A stretch of 64,000 nucleotides of DNA from contig OZ253489.1 of the NCBI GenBank assembly GCA_965261965.1, positions 2,665,931-2,729,930 of the forward strand, written 5' to 3'. Positions 29,613 through 39,310 of this stretch are shown here, one piece after another. The translations under genes were made by a program, and so were the position numbers. Origin of the DNA: Dehalococcoidia bacterium. GTDB taxonomy: Bacteria > Chloroflexota > Dehalococcoidia > Lucifugimonadales > JAGWBF01. Every line of letters begins with the position of its first letter. The stretch's first letter is position 1. The notes under the pieces were generated by a model. That model ran no database searches and was not told where the DNA came from. It saw only the letters and a program-made list of their open reading frames with translations.

Positions 29613-31097
29613 CTACATGCCGGATTCAGCCAACAGGGCGCGGTAGATGTGGACCATCGCCTCGGTATCCCTTTGGCAGTAGGCGAGCAGTGCTTCCCTG
29701 ATCTGCGCCTTTTCGGGTTCAGGGGTATCGACGGCGATCATCCGGGTGTAGGACGCGGCAGCATCCAAGCCCTCTGCTATCTCCAGGTCGGCGTAGCCCA
29801 AGCTGGGAACCAGGGCCGGCAGAACCGACTTGAGTGAGTAGCTTCCGTGAAATTCCGGGTGGTAGTAGTTATTTTGTATCAGCTTCAGCAGGTCAACTTC
29901 CCGGTCCAACAGGGCCAGCAGGTGATCTTGGCGCCTTGGGAAGGCTTGCGCCAATTGATTTATTATCCGTCTTTCATAGGATGAGTACGTTAGTATCGAA
30001 CCTTCCGGGGGAAGCGCTTCCAGCAGGCTGACTATGAAGCTCTCGCGGGGGTCATCGGCGGTGTTATTCAGGAACCAATAGTGGTTCATCCGCCCGGAGG
30101 AGTCCAGTACATGCAGCGACCATTGGAACGGGACCGTTTGGTAGGGCCGGGCGCCTGCATAGATGGGCATGGCTGGCCCGATGGTCTCGAAGTCCAAGAA
30201 GCTGGCCGGAAACGCAATTTCTTGCAGCTTTGGTCCAAGCTCCGGGCCCACAAAAGAACATCCACCCATCACGCTATCCCGCACCCGGTTTTGCAGCAAG
30301 CTCAGGCCGGGGAAGCCCGGCGGGATGCTGCCGACATCGCGAATTCCTGAAGCTTTCAGTTGCCCCCATTGCCGTTCCTGTAGCCTGGGCAGTTCTCCAA
30401 TCGGGTGTTCAGGCTCATCTTGGTGGCAGAACCCAAAGAAAGAGCAGTGGTAGGGTCTTTCGCAATGGCGGCCCGTTGCAATGTCCGGCACATCGTCCAG
30501 TTGCAGCGTCGCCCACATCCGGGCTAGGTCGTCGGGGACATTCGCAGATACGAACGATCTCGCATCATCCGAGATATCCTCCAGTGTGAATAACTGTTCC
30601 AAGTCGTAGTCGCCGCCTTGGTACACATAACCATTGTTGAGGTGCATCAGGTACGTCCCTTTGATGGGGACCCCGGAACCCTCCGCAGCATACAGCTGAA
30701 TCGCTGCGTCGGTGATGTGTTCGGGTTTGACTTTCGTGGTGGACTTGACCTCCACGAGGTCGAATCCCTCTTGGGTGTTTCCCGTAAGAATATCGACCCT
30801 TGTTCTGATGCCCTGGAAGGTGAAGGCAGCCTCGTACAGGGACGGAATGGCATCATCGGCCAGAAGGGTTTGGGTTGTCCTGACAGCCTGGTCGTGTTCC
30901 AAGTAGGTTTCTTCGATGAGCTTGCCGTTGGGGAACCGCTGCCTTGCCACTTCACCGACGGCGGCGCCGGTGTCGAACCTCGCCTGTGTGCCCGGATCCA
31001 CCGGATCGGCCATCTCCCGGTGGTAGCATTCCAAGTAGAGCCGTTTCAGGCACTGAAGCCCATTCTGGAATTTGGATTTGGATAGATACGGCGTCAA
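29613..31097 (-). CDS. DUF2779-domain protein (PD-(D/E)XK-like N-terminus plus RNase H-like C-terminus)
   Basis: LSKSKFQNGLQCLKRLYL, VDIL...LVEVKS, C..PYHCSFFGFC, FLDFET, PYQTVPFQWSLH, SYSLKSVLPAL, YCQRDT. Confidence 0.82.
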   Translation of the reverse strand: MTPYLSKSKFQNGLQCLKRLYLECYHREMADPVDPGTQARFDTGAAVGEVARQRFPNGKLIEETYLEHDQAVRTTQTLLADDAIPSLYEAAFTFQGIRTRVDILTGNTQEGFDLVEVKSTTKVKPEHITDAAIQLYAAEGSGVPIKGTYLMHLNNGYVYQGGDYDLEQLFTLEDISDDARSFVSANVPDDLARMWATLQLDDVPDIATGRHCERPYHCSFFGFCHQDEPEHPIGELPRLQERQWGQLKASGIRDVGSIPPGFPGLSLLQNRVRDSVMGGCSFVGPELGPKLQEIAFPASFLDFETIGPAMPIYAGARPYQTVPFQWSLHVLDSSGRMNHYWFLNNTADDPRESFIVSLLEALPPEGSILTYSSYERRIINQLAQAFPRRQDHLLALLDREVDLLKLIQNNYYHPEFHGSYSLKSVLPALVPSLGYADLEIAEGLDAAASYTRMIAVDTPEPEKAQIREALLAYCQRDTEAMVHIYRALLAESGM

Positions 31098-31136
31098 TTT
31101 CTGGTTGGTGGGCCTAAGGAGACTGAGCTAGGAGCT

Positions 31137-33137
31137 TTGGAACCGGCAATTTCACCGTATTCTTCACGGCCGGGAGCGCAGAGCCCACTATACCACACGA
31201 TTAAAGCGCCCATAGCTCGCTTGTCTGTTCATTGCATACCGCAGCATCCCGGTGATAAACTCGGCCCCACCAAGCTCGCACACCTATGGACTGATTTGTA
31301 CAACTACGGGTTGATCGGCGATATGTCCTCAGCAGCCCTCGTCGGGACCGACGGCTCCGTTGACTGGTGTTGCTTCCCGCGCTTCGATTCTCCCAGCGTC
31401 TTTGCTGGCATCCTCGACCCGGAGGCTGGGGGGCGCTTCCGCATCAGCCCTGCCGACCCCGGTTTCGACGTCCGGCAGGCGTATCTGACCGACACCAACA
31501 TTCTCGAAACCACCTTCACCACAGCCACCGGTGTGGTCTCCGTCACCGATTTTATGCCCGCCTCTGAAGATGATGACAACAACCCGGATACACCGCCGAA
31601 TGCCCTCCATGAAATCCACCGCATCGTTCGCTGCCTCACCGGTGAGGTCGACATGTGCTGCGATTTTCAGCCCCGGCACGATTACGCCCGCTCCGTCCCC
31701 AGCTTCAGCCCGCTGAGGAGCCGGTCCGGCGGTGGAGCTGTTCAAGCCAGCGGAGGCCGCCAGACCATGACCCTCTCAGCCAGCATCCCTCTTCCCTTCG
31801 ACGACCGCGGCGCCACCTGCCCTTTCACGCTCGCTGAAGGCCAGTCCGCTGTCTTCGTTCTTGCCTACGGCCACAGCCGCCCGGCCAGCTTCGAACGTTT
31901 CCGTACCGCCGAAAAGCTTGACTACACCCGCCGCTACTGGCAGGGGCTGGTAGCCCACATGAACTACGACGGGCTCTGGAGAGATGCTGTCGTCCGCTCA
32001 TTCTTGGCCCTTCATCTTATGATGTACCGGAACACCGGAGCTATCGTCGCCGCCCCCACCACCAGTCTGCCGGAGAGCATCGGCGGGTCGCGTAACTGGG
32101 ACTACCGCTTCTCATGGCTGCGCGATGCCAGCTTCACCGTGGATGTTCTCTATCGTTTGGGCGATGTTTACGGGGCTGACAGGTATATGAACTGGCTGTT
32201 GGAACAGTGCCAGCTGGGCCGCCGGAAAACCCGGATCATCTACGGCATAAGCCCCAATTCGTCGCTGCGGGAGTATACCCTCTCCCATCTGAGAGGGTAC
32301 GAAGGGTCACGCCCCGTCCGCATCGGCAATGCTGCTGCAAAGCATCTCCAACTCGACGTTTTCGGAGAAGTCATCATCTCCATCCATTCCCTGCTTCTGC
32401 TGTTCGGAGACATCTCGACAGAAGCTTGGGAGCTGGTCCACGCCATGGCCGAAGTCGTCATGGCCAATTGGCATCGAAAAGACCGGGGCGTTTGGGAAGT
32501 GCGCGGTGAACAACAGCACTTCGTGTATTCCAAGCTGATGTGCTGGGCTGGCCTCGACCGTGCAGCCTACATTGCCGGCGCCAAGGGACATGTGCAATTG
32601 TGTCGCCGCTGGTCCCTGACCGCAGACAAAATCAAGTCCGAAATCTTGGACTCAGGGTGGAGCTCCAACAAACGTGCCTTCCGGCAGCGATACGGCGACG
32701 ATGCCTTGGATGCTTCGAACTTGGTCATGCTTTTTGTTGGCTTGATCCCGCCCGATGACCCGCGCATTCTGCAAAACGTGAATGCCATCGAACGGGAGCT
32801 AACCGATGGCCCGCTGGTTTGGCGCTATATCCCGGAAGAAACCGACGATGGGTTGGGAGGTCAGCCCGAGGGGGCCTTCACACTGCTCAGCTTCTGGCTA
32901 ATCGGGAACTTCATATACACAGGTCAGATGGACCGAGGTTTCGATTACTTCCACGAAGTGATTACAAAGCAGAGCAACCACCTGGGCTTATTCGCTGAAA
33001 TGTTCGATCCTGTATCCAAGCGGCAGCTGGGCAACTTTCCCCAAGCCTACTCCCACATCGGGCTTATTCACACAGCCCTGAACCTCTCCGGCTTCATCGC
33101 CGATACCCCCACCAGGCGGTCTAACCCGTCACAGTAG
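31137..33137 (+). CDS. Glycoside hydrolase family 15 (trehalase/glucoamylase-like)
   Basis: YGLIGD...SVDWCCFPRFDSPSVF, GAIVAAPTTSLPE, RNWDYRFSWLRDA, GVWEVRG, GNFPQAYSH. True start probably near 31287-31296. Confidence 0.92.
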   Translation: MEPAISPYSSRPGAQSPLYHTIKAPIARLSVHCIPQHPGDKLGPTKLAHLWTDLYNYGLIGDMSSAALVGTDGSVDWCCFPRFDSPSVFAGILDPEAGGRFRISPADPGFDVRQAYLTDTNILETTFTTATGVVSVTDFMPASEDDDNNPDTPPNALHEIHRIVRCLTGEVDMCCDFQPRHDYARSVPSFSPLRSRSGGGAVQASGGRQTMTLSASIPLPFDDRGATCPFTLAEGQSAVFVLAYGHSRPASFERFRTAEKLDYTRRYWQGLVAHMNYDGLWRDAVVRSFLALHLMMYRNTGAIVAAPTTSLPESIGGSRNWDYRFSWLRDASFTVDVLYRLGDVYGADRYMNWLLEQCQLGRRKTRIIYGISPNSSLREYTLSHLRGYEGSRPVRIGNAAAKHLQLDVFGEVIISIHSLLLLFGDISTEAWELVHAMAEVVMANWHRKDRGVWEVRGEQQHFVYSKLMCWAGLDRAAYIAGAKGHVQLCRRWSLTADKIKSEILDSGWSSNKRAFRQRYGDDALDASNLVMLFVGLIPPDDPRILQNVNAIERELTDGPLVWRYIPEETDDGLGGQPEGAFTLLSFWLIGNFIYTGQMDRGFDYFHEVITKQSNHLGLFAEMFDPVSKRQLGNFPQAYSHIGLIHTALNLSGFIADTPTRRSNPSQ

Positions 33138-33320
33138 ACACCTTCCCCAAACCTCTGTGAGGAAAGCCCTACTGGTTCCCTTGAACGGTCCTCACCGGCC
33201 CAACATTCCCTGCGCATGGGGTCTGGGCGGGTCTGCTGTTTCGACCGCAACCGGAGGATGATGGCTCCATCCCAAGAAAATACGTAGTGTGGATTTGCGA
33301 GAAGGGCAGGCTGGCGTTAC

Positions 33321-35081
33321 CTACCGCATTCCAGGTGGGCCGACTCGGACGGTGATGATGTCTGCGTCGTGGTACTGCCGGTGCTGCACCGATGAAGCGT
33401 AGTGGCGCAGCAGCCTGAGCGAGATCTCGCGTTCCGTCGGGATTTCCGAGTCGTGTTGCTGGAGCTGTTGGATCCTGTCCTCCAGGTTTTCTGCACTCTC
33501 CGCGCCGATGAACTCGAGCTCGGCCACGGGGCCGTCGCTGGCTGCAAGCACAACCAACCGCCTTCTCGGCTTGTCCTCTTCATCTCCGCTCAAATCCAAC
33601 GGGGCCAGCGTCAGGAGGGTTTCTTCCGCAACAGCATTCAGCCGCTCCTTCATCTCAGGCCCCCAGCCCCTCCGGGCAGCGAACCTTGCGAGAAAGGTAT
33701 TGAGCTCCTCCAAGGAATCGATGTTGAGGTCTGACTGAAACCGCATACGCCGCTGACTGGTGACTTCCAAGAAAAGGATCATCAGCATCGCGGTGATCCC
33801 TCCGGTTGTTACACCGCTTTGGATCAGGGTCCCCCATACTGGGCCAAGGTTCGGCAAGGAGAACAGCCCGAATTGAAATGCAGCGCCGACCCAGAAGGAA
33901 ACTCCTGCAACCACCACCTTCTGCCTGTCGAGCCCGGCTTGGATAACGATGCGCGCCCCTTCGATGAACAGTGTCCCGGTTACTATAACAAGATATCCCG
34001 CCATGACCGGGCCGGGTATGCTGCTGAGCAGCCCAGACACCTTGGGAAGAAACGCCACCACGATGAAAATGGCCCCGATGTAATATCCAACCCTTCGGGA
34101 AGCACTGCCCGTGGTCTGGGTGAATGAAACGATGCCCGGGTTGACGATGTTGGGTACAGCCCCCGCAACGGCAGCAAGCAGATTGGCTACGCCGGCGCCT
34201 GAGAGAGCCCCCTGAACCTCCCGGAAGTCGACGGCCCGAGGTTCCCGCCACGAGACTCTCTGCAAGGATATGGCCTCCCCGTTGACCTGGATGGATATGA
34301 CCACAGTGAGGAATAAAAACGCCGGAACAAGGGTCCAGAAATCGACGCTGAAGTCGAGGCCCAACCCCGGCCACTCGGCGGGAACCCCTATCCAAGGGGC
34401 TGATATGATCCTGTCGGTGTCATAGATTCCGAGTATTGCAGCAACGATGCACCCAACTGCTATGGCGACCATCGGCGACCAGAGACGCACCATGGCTGAA
34501 CCTCGGAGGATGATCCCAACAGCGACGATCAAGGTCGCCAAGGCGGTCAGGGGCGCTGCGGTAGGCTCAAGCGTCGATGCTTCGTTCAGCAGGCCGAAGA
34601 CGACGGAAGCAAGGGTGATGGAAAGGATCATCATCACCGTGCCGCCGACCGTCGGTGTGACGATCCGCCTCAGGATGAAGAGCCACTTGGAGATGATGAT
34701 CTGGAAAATCCCCAGGACGAGGATCAGGGTCGTCAGCGTTGCAGGACCCCCGTTCACCAAGGCGGAGATGCAGAACGGGATGGCAAAGGCGGCAGTGAAC
34801 AGGGGCAGAACGGCCCCGGCGCCGACCGGCCCGATCCGACGTACCTGCAGCAGTGTGGACAGGCCAACGACCACCAAGGAGGCGAAGACCATCCACAACA
34901 GATAGGAATCATCCCTTCCTGCTGCTTTGGCTACGATTACGGGCGTTATCAGCAGGGTGGCGGAGGCGATGACGCTGAACTGCAAGCTGAGGCCCAAGGA
35001 AACCAGCGGGGGCGGGTTTTCGTGGGCCTCGAAACGAGGGTTATCAGAAGCTGGAGTCGTCATCAAACGGGCCCTCTGCAT
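33321..35081 (-). CDS. NCS2 (xanthine/uracil) permease-like protein with an extra C-terminal soluble domain
   Basis: HENPP..LGLSLQ, STLLQV..GPVGA, TPTVGGTV, TGSASRRVG and PKVSGLLSSIPGPV, followed by a ~145-aa hydrophilic domain. Confidence 0.8.
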   Translation of the reverse strand: MQRARLMTTPASDNPRFEAHENPPPLVSLGLSLQFSVIASATLLITPVIVAKAAGRDDSYLLWMVFASLVVVGLSTLLQVRRIGPVGAGAVLPLFTAAFAIPFCISALVNGGPATLTTLILVLGIFQIIISKWLFILRRIVTPTVGGTVMMILSITLASVVFGLLNEASTLEPTAAPLTALATLIVAVGIILRGSAMVRLWSPMVAIAVGCIVAAILGIYDTDRIISAPWIGVPAEWPGLGLDFSVDFWTLVPAFLFLTVVISIQVNGEAISLQRVSWREPRAVDFREVQGALSGAGVANLLAAVAGAVPNIVNPGIVSFTQTTGSASRRVGYYIGAIFIVVAFLPKVSGLLSSIPGPVMAGYLVIVTGTLFIEGARIVIQAGLDRQKVVVAGVSFWVGAAFQFGLFSLPNLGPVWGTLIQSGVTTGGITAMLMILFLEVTSQRRMRFQSDLNIDSLEELNTFLARFAARRGWGPEMKERLNAVAEETLLTLAPLDLSGDEEDKPRRRLVVLAASDGPVAELEFIGAESAENLEDRIQQLQQHDSEIPTEREISLRLLRHYASSVQHRQYHDADIITVRVGPPGMR

Positions 35082-35456
35082 TTAGCTGGTGGGTGGGTAG
35101 GGTAGTGGGACCTGTGTACACTACTCCATCGGGGTGGCGGTGTACCTGCAAGTCGCGAAGATCAAGTATTCCACTACGCAACCCGGCCATTATAGGAGCT
35201 AGGGATGGGCTGGGCAACATGACCGCCCCCCCTCGCAACCCCCGCCAACCCGCAGGCGATGGCGCCCCACCTTGTGAGGGGATGGACCAAGTACTGCTTG
35301 GCATCTGCCAAAGCTCGGGCAATGTCTGTTAGGTGCCCCAAGCCAATGTGAGTTCGCTGCTGACATCGCTGCGCATCCAAGAGATGTCGCTTGTGTGCCG
35401 ACTAGCTAGGCCTGTTCTCCAAGGTCGTGGCGGGCATGTGGGCTGCCGTCTGCCCG

Positions 35457-35490
35457 TTGACCGTCGCACCACTTGTTCATCATAATGATG
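35457..35490 (+). promoter_or_regulatory. Promoter with overlapping palindromic operator for the RM operon
   Basis: TTGACC (35457-35462), 18-bp spacer, CATAAT (35481-35486); CATCAT-A-ATGATG inverted repeat (35478-35490) covers the -10. Confidence 0.5.
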
Positions 35491-35514
35491 CATGACACAT
35501 GGAGCAGGTAGAGC

Positions 35515-35715
35515 ATGGCATCTGACAATTCTGCCGCGGGCCAAGCCCGTCTTGCCACCACTTTGGGTCCCGGCCAACGAGCGATCCTGGAAGAGATAGC
35601 GAATCGGAACGACGCAATGCTGACGTTTGTGGCTCGCCACGTCTTGTGTAGATTCATAGAGGACAGTGGGCAAGGCAGGCTTCCTCCTGAGTTTCCCTCA
35701 GGGCGCCAGTCTTGA
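35515..35715 (+). CDS. Small putative ribbon-helix-helix (CopG-like) regulator
   Basis: RLATTL (strand), GQRAILEEIANRND (helix), LTFVARHVLCRFIE (helix); its stop overlaps the MTase TTG. Confidence 0.5.
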   Translation: MASDNSAAGQARLATTLGPGQRAILEEIANRNDAMLTFVARHVLCRFIEDSGQGRLPPEFPSGRQS

Positions 35716-37169
35716 CATCTTATTCTTTCTGGGAACATGCAGAGGCGTTTCAGGGTATTACAGGGATCCAATACCGTACGCCAATTGAGTCTCCAAATGG
35801 TGGGAGCGTCGAAGAACGCCGTTCCTTGCACACGCGTTTTGAGGAGAGACTATCTGTAGATCCAAATTTGACACGCAGGGTAGTGTCATACCAGGGGAAC
35901 CGAGGAGTCCCGGGGTTTCGTTGGCTAAAGTACAAAGAAGGGTTCTCTTTGGAACTTGTAGAGCGAATGTTGGACGAGGTCCGACCGAGCTCCGTCCTTG
36001 ACCCTTTCTCCGGTATTGGCACCACCCCGCTCATCGCGGCTGGCAGGGGCTTGAAGGCAACTGGCATCGAGCTCATTCCTGTGGGCGTATTGGCTGGCAA
36101 CGCAATCGCCCATGCCGCCAATGGGTTGCGCCGGGAAGCATTTAGCTCCGCCGCTGAGTCCCTGCTCAGCCATGTGTCATCGGATAAAGCAGCCGACCGC
36201 AGACACGCCTTTCGCCACGTTCGAATCACAGAGGCGGCATTCCCGTTGGAAACCGAAGAAGGACTCGCGAAGGCCCGAGAGTACATAAGTTCCGTGGACA
36301 ATCCAGGCATTCGCTCCATGCTCAACCTAGCCTGCATGAGTGTCCTCGAATCCGTGAGTTACACTCGGAAGGATGGGCAATACCTTCGGTGGGACTATCG
36401 ATCAGGACGAAAGCTGAGGGCTCGGATACACAAGGGCCCGATCTTGCCGTTCTTGGAAGCTCTCCAAGCTCGCCTGACGGAAATGTCGGAAGATATAGAT
36501 CTCCTCAAGGAGCGGTACGGCAAGGGGGTCCCCGAGTTCATCACCGGGTCCAGCTTAGAACGTCTCCGGCTGCTGCCCGATAGCTCCTTTGACATGGTGA
36601 TCACCTCTCCCCCATACGCAAACCGATACGACTATACTAGGACATACGCCCTCGAGCTTGCGTGGCTTGGCTATGATCAGAAGGCGTTCTCCGCACTCCG
36701 TCAGAGTATGCTATCTGCGACCGTTGAGAACAAACCCAAGCTGGGACTTCTGAAGGCAGCGTATGATGGCTCGTCTCGGCTTGATGCAGCGGGAAGTCTA
36801 TACGAAGGCCAGGGTGCGATTCACGAAGTCCTCGCCATTCTGAAGGAGAGGGTGAAGGAGCTTAGCAATCCACACGTAATACGCCTGATCGAAGGATATT
36901 TCCTTGAAATGGCCGTAGTCATTGCAGAACTAGGACGACTTGTACGCCCTGGTGGTACCGTGATCATGGTAAATGACAACGTCCAATACCATGGTGAAGA
37001 GGTGCCCGTCGATCTAATTCTTTCGGACTACGCCGAACAAAGCGGGTTCACTTGCACACACATCTGGACGCTGCGACGCGGCAAGGGGAACTCCAGTCAG
37101 CAGATGGGGCGGTTCGGGCGGAGAGAACTTCGCAAATGTGTCTATCGGTGGGTACGAGACGATGGCTAA
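35712..37169 (+). CDS. Site-specific DNA amino-methyltransferase (probably N4-cytosine)
   Basis: RWLKYKEGFS, VLDPFSGIGTT (motif I) preceding ITSPPY (motif IV). Confidence 0.88.
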   Translation: MTSYSFWEHAEAFQGITGIQYRTPIESPNGGSVEERRSLHTRFEERLSVDPNLTRRVVSYQGNRGVPGFRWLKYKEGFSLELVERMLDEVRPSSVLDPFSGIGTTPLIAAGRGLKATGIELIPVGVLAGNAIAHAANGLRREAFSSAAESLLSHVSSDKAADRRHAFRHVRITEAAFPLETEEGLAKAREYISSVDNPGIRSMLNLACMSVLESVSYTRKDGQYLRWDYRSGRKLRARIHKGPILPFLEALQARLTEMSEDIDLLKERYGKGVPEFITGSSLERLRLLPDSSFDMVITSPPYANRYDYTRTYALELAWLGYDQKAFSALRQSMLSATVENKPKLGLLKAAYDGSSRLDAAGSLYEGQGAIHEVLAILKERVKELSNPHVIRLIEGYFLEMAVVIAELGRLVRPGGTVIMVNDNVQYHGEEVPVDLILSDYAEQSGFTCTHIWTLRRGKGNSSQQMGRFGRRELRKCVYRWVRDDG

Positions 37170-38121
37170 GCTGGACGATGCCCAGGAGCGTTCCGGTGTA
37201 ATAGCGGAGAGAATCCGGCAGAGAACTGATCTGGCGTTGCGCAGGTCCATCGCCAACTTTGAGGGAGAATTGAATTTTCTTCCCCTGTCTGACTTGATGA
37301 TTAGCGAGGGGGCATGGGCACACGTCACGTCATCCGACATCGATCCAAAGCTTGTATTCGCACATCCTCTTATGTTGCGTCAGAATCCTCGCGCTTCCCA
37401 ATACTATCGAGGTATCGCACTTCTGCCACGAAAGCGTGTGACCGAAATAGCGGGTGCCGTCGATTCCTGGGAAGATGAGTCCAGAAGAACTGTTCTGCGT
37501 GAGGCGCATATAATCCGCGTCGCCCAGCTATACAACGCGGTGATCTCCTCGATCATTGAAGGCTCCGATGACTGGACGCTTGAGAATGGATATCGAAACA
37601 TCATTGCGAACATGGGCATCGGTCTGGACGGAACGTTTCGAAATCTCATCGGTCAGGACGCTGAACGACTGATCAAAGATAGGATGCGAAAGTGGCTGGA
37701 GAGCCAGCAACTGATTATCCAGCGTAATGATGAAGGGACTAAGTTTGAGTTGATCGACGAATATTTCATGCGTTATGGCTCGGAGCCGGACATTGAGTTT
37801 AGTCGAGGCGTAGGAGGCGGATCGACCGTGGTCGCAACGATTGAGATTAAAGGCGGCAAGGACCCCGCGGGCGCACTCGAGAGGCTGGGAGCCATACAGA
37901 AAAGCTTCGAGGTGACTCCGCCCGGCTGCGTCAACATGCTGATTGCTGGAATCATTACGCCGGAGATGAGGGAACGGCTGGACAGGCGGGGGATTGTCAA
38001 GACCTTCTTGCTTGACGATCTTGCACATGATGGCGACTCTTGGACAGAATTCCTGAATGAAGTGTTTCACTATACGGTCCGCATTACTGCCGGCGCTATT
38101 ACCATGTCGGACAAGGCGTGA
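37162..38121 (+). CDS. Type II restriction endonuclease (PD-(D/E)XK; possibly XcyI-like)
   Basis: Overlaps the MTase stop; SEPDIEF...IEIKGGKD catalytic pattern. Family assignment is tentative. Confidence 0.72.
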   Translation: MAKLDDAQERSGVIAERIRQRTDLALRRSIANFEGELNFLPLSDLMISEGAWAHVTSSDIDPKLVFAHPLMLRQNPRASQYYRGIALLPRKRVTEIAGAVDSWEDESRRTVLREAHIIRVAQLYNAVISSIIEGSDDWTLENGYRNIIANMGIGLDGTFRNLIGQDAERLIKDRMRKWLESQQLIIQRNDEGTKFELIDEYFMRYGSEPDIEFSRGVGGGSTVVATIEIKGGKDPAGALERLGAIQKSFEVTPPGCVNMLIAGIITPEMRERLDRRGIVKTFLLDDLAHDGDSWTEFLNEVFHYTVRITAGAITMSDKA

Positions 38122-38330
38122 GTACTTCCTGCTTGTCGGTTGATCGCTCCTGACGCTTGAGCGCTAGCACTGGACCAAGTTTGGAGACAGACCCCGGTCT
38201 AGTCACCGCAGTAAGCCGGACGACGCAATCTGGGGGACAAATTGGCAAACCGCTCCACATCTTTGGTGAGAGCCGCTCTGTGGCTATCGTACGGAGATGT
38301 GCGAGACAGGGGCAGCGCGGGAACCCTCGG

Positions 38331-38606
38331 TTACAGATGCGGGACATTGAAGCCGCCGGTGGCGCCTATCCTGCGCTTGAACTCGATGAAGGTGTCCAAG
38401 GCGGCGAGGTCCACGGCACGGCGGGAGCCTTGAGCTGGTGGGTTCTCAAGGGCGATCTCATCGTCCTTCACCAAGCCGGTAGCGGTCAGGAAGTTGCGGA
38501 CGGCACTGGTGATGTTGGCCTCGGGCTCGCCAGCATCGTGCCGCCGCAGTATCTCGGCAGCTGCCTCAACGCACCGAGGATCGTTGTCGTCTATTTGGAC
38601 AAGCAT
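38331..38606 (-). pseudogene. Truncated N-terminal nuclease fragment of a type IIG-like RM enzyme
   Basis: EANITSAVRNFL...ENPP...AVDL...FIEFKRRIG (PD-(D/E)XK-like) ends after 91 aa with no MTase part. Confidence 0.5.
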
Positions 38607-38748
38607 TCGAGTTCCCTAAATGAGGAGATATCCATGAAATCCTGCTCTGCGATTCCCGCTTGTGACCAGGTCGACAAGGTTCCAGATACACTCCTACAAG
38701 CTGCTGGATCGACGAACCATTTGACCCTCTTCGAGCGAGAGATTTGGG

Positions 38749-39065
38749 TTACTTCGGCGAGTGGGCCGCCACCATATTTAGCTTATCAGATAGCCGGTCC
38801 TCGACAGTTTCCAGGTCATACTGGCTTTGCAGCCCCATCCAGAACTCAGCGGAATTTCCGAAGAACCGCGAGAGCAGCAAGGCTGTCTCTGCGGTGATGG
38901 CCGCTCCCCGTGGACGATGGAATGAATCCGGCGCGCATCCACGCCAATAACCTTGGCCAGCCGGTACTGGGTAATGTTCATCGGGAGGAGAAATTCATCC
39001 TTGAGGATTTCTCCTTGGTGGACGGGAGCCAGCCTTTCGGGATTGAGTGCCATCTTGCTGGTCAT
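38749..39065 (-). pseudogene. higA: HigA-family antitoxin, frameshifted
   Basis: PVHQGEILKDEFLLPMNITQYRLAKVIGV.ARRI.SIVHGER, then a 1-bp shift near 38900, then ITAETALLLSRFFGNSAEFWMGLQSQYDL...*. Confidence 0.85.
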
Positions 39066-39069
39066 GGTC

Positions 39070-39214
39070 TCCGCGCTCCTTGGTCGTCCAGTTTCTGTAC
39101 TAAGCGGTAGTCCACTAAAGCTGTGCCCTGAGCTGGATGTCCCCGGGGAACTTGCTGACATGTCGTCATCCAGGGACTGATTCAGTATCCCGGTCCCGGT
39201 GGACTCCTGATCAC
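39070..39214 (-). pseudogene. higB: Degraded HigB-family toxin remnant
   Basis: GTG-IRS / HRDRDTE / RHVSKFPGDIQLRAQ and a C-terminal VDY piece survive across frameshifts, stops and an internal deletion. Confidence 0.6.
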
Positions 39215-39220
39215 ACCCCG

Positions 39221-39249
39221 TTAATAGTGTGTCACACTATTAGTGTCAA
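39221..39249 (-). promoter_or_regulatory. higBA promoter with a perfect operator palindrome
   Basis: TTGACA (39249-39244), 17-bp spacer, TATTAA; TAATAGTGTG-T-CACACTATTA (39222-39242) fills the spacer. Confidence 0.75.
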
Positions 39250-39310
39250 TTGCTACGCTTCTTGGTCTAGCCAAGCAGTCAGAGATAAAAGGGTATCGAG
39301 TAGGGGGGAG

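Noticed and set aside
31280-31300. Out-of-frame ATG (ATGGACTGA) at the likely GH15 start
   Set aside because: Could be a 1-bp error (MTDLYNY) or a TTG start. It cannot be resolved from this sequence and is not evidence of recoding.
39084-39102. Short resemblance (GTCCAGTTTCTGT) to the 15530/23765 end motif
   Set aside because: Too short to distinguish from chance.
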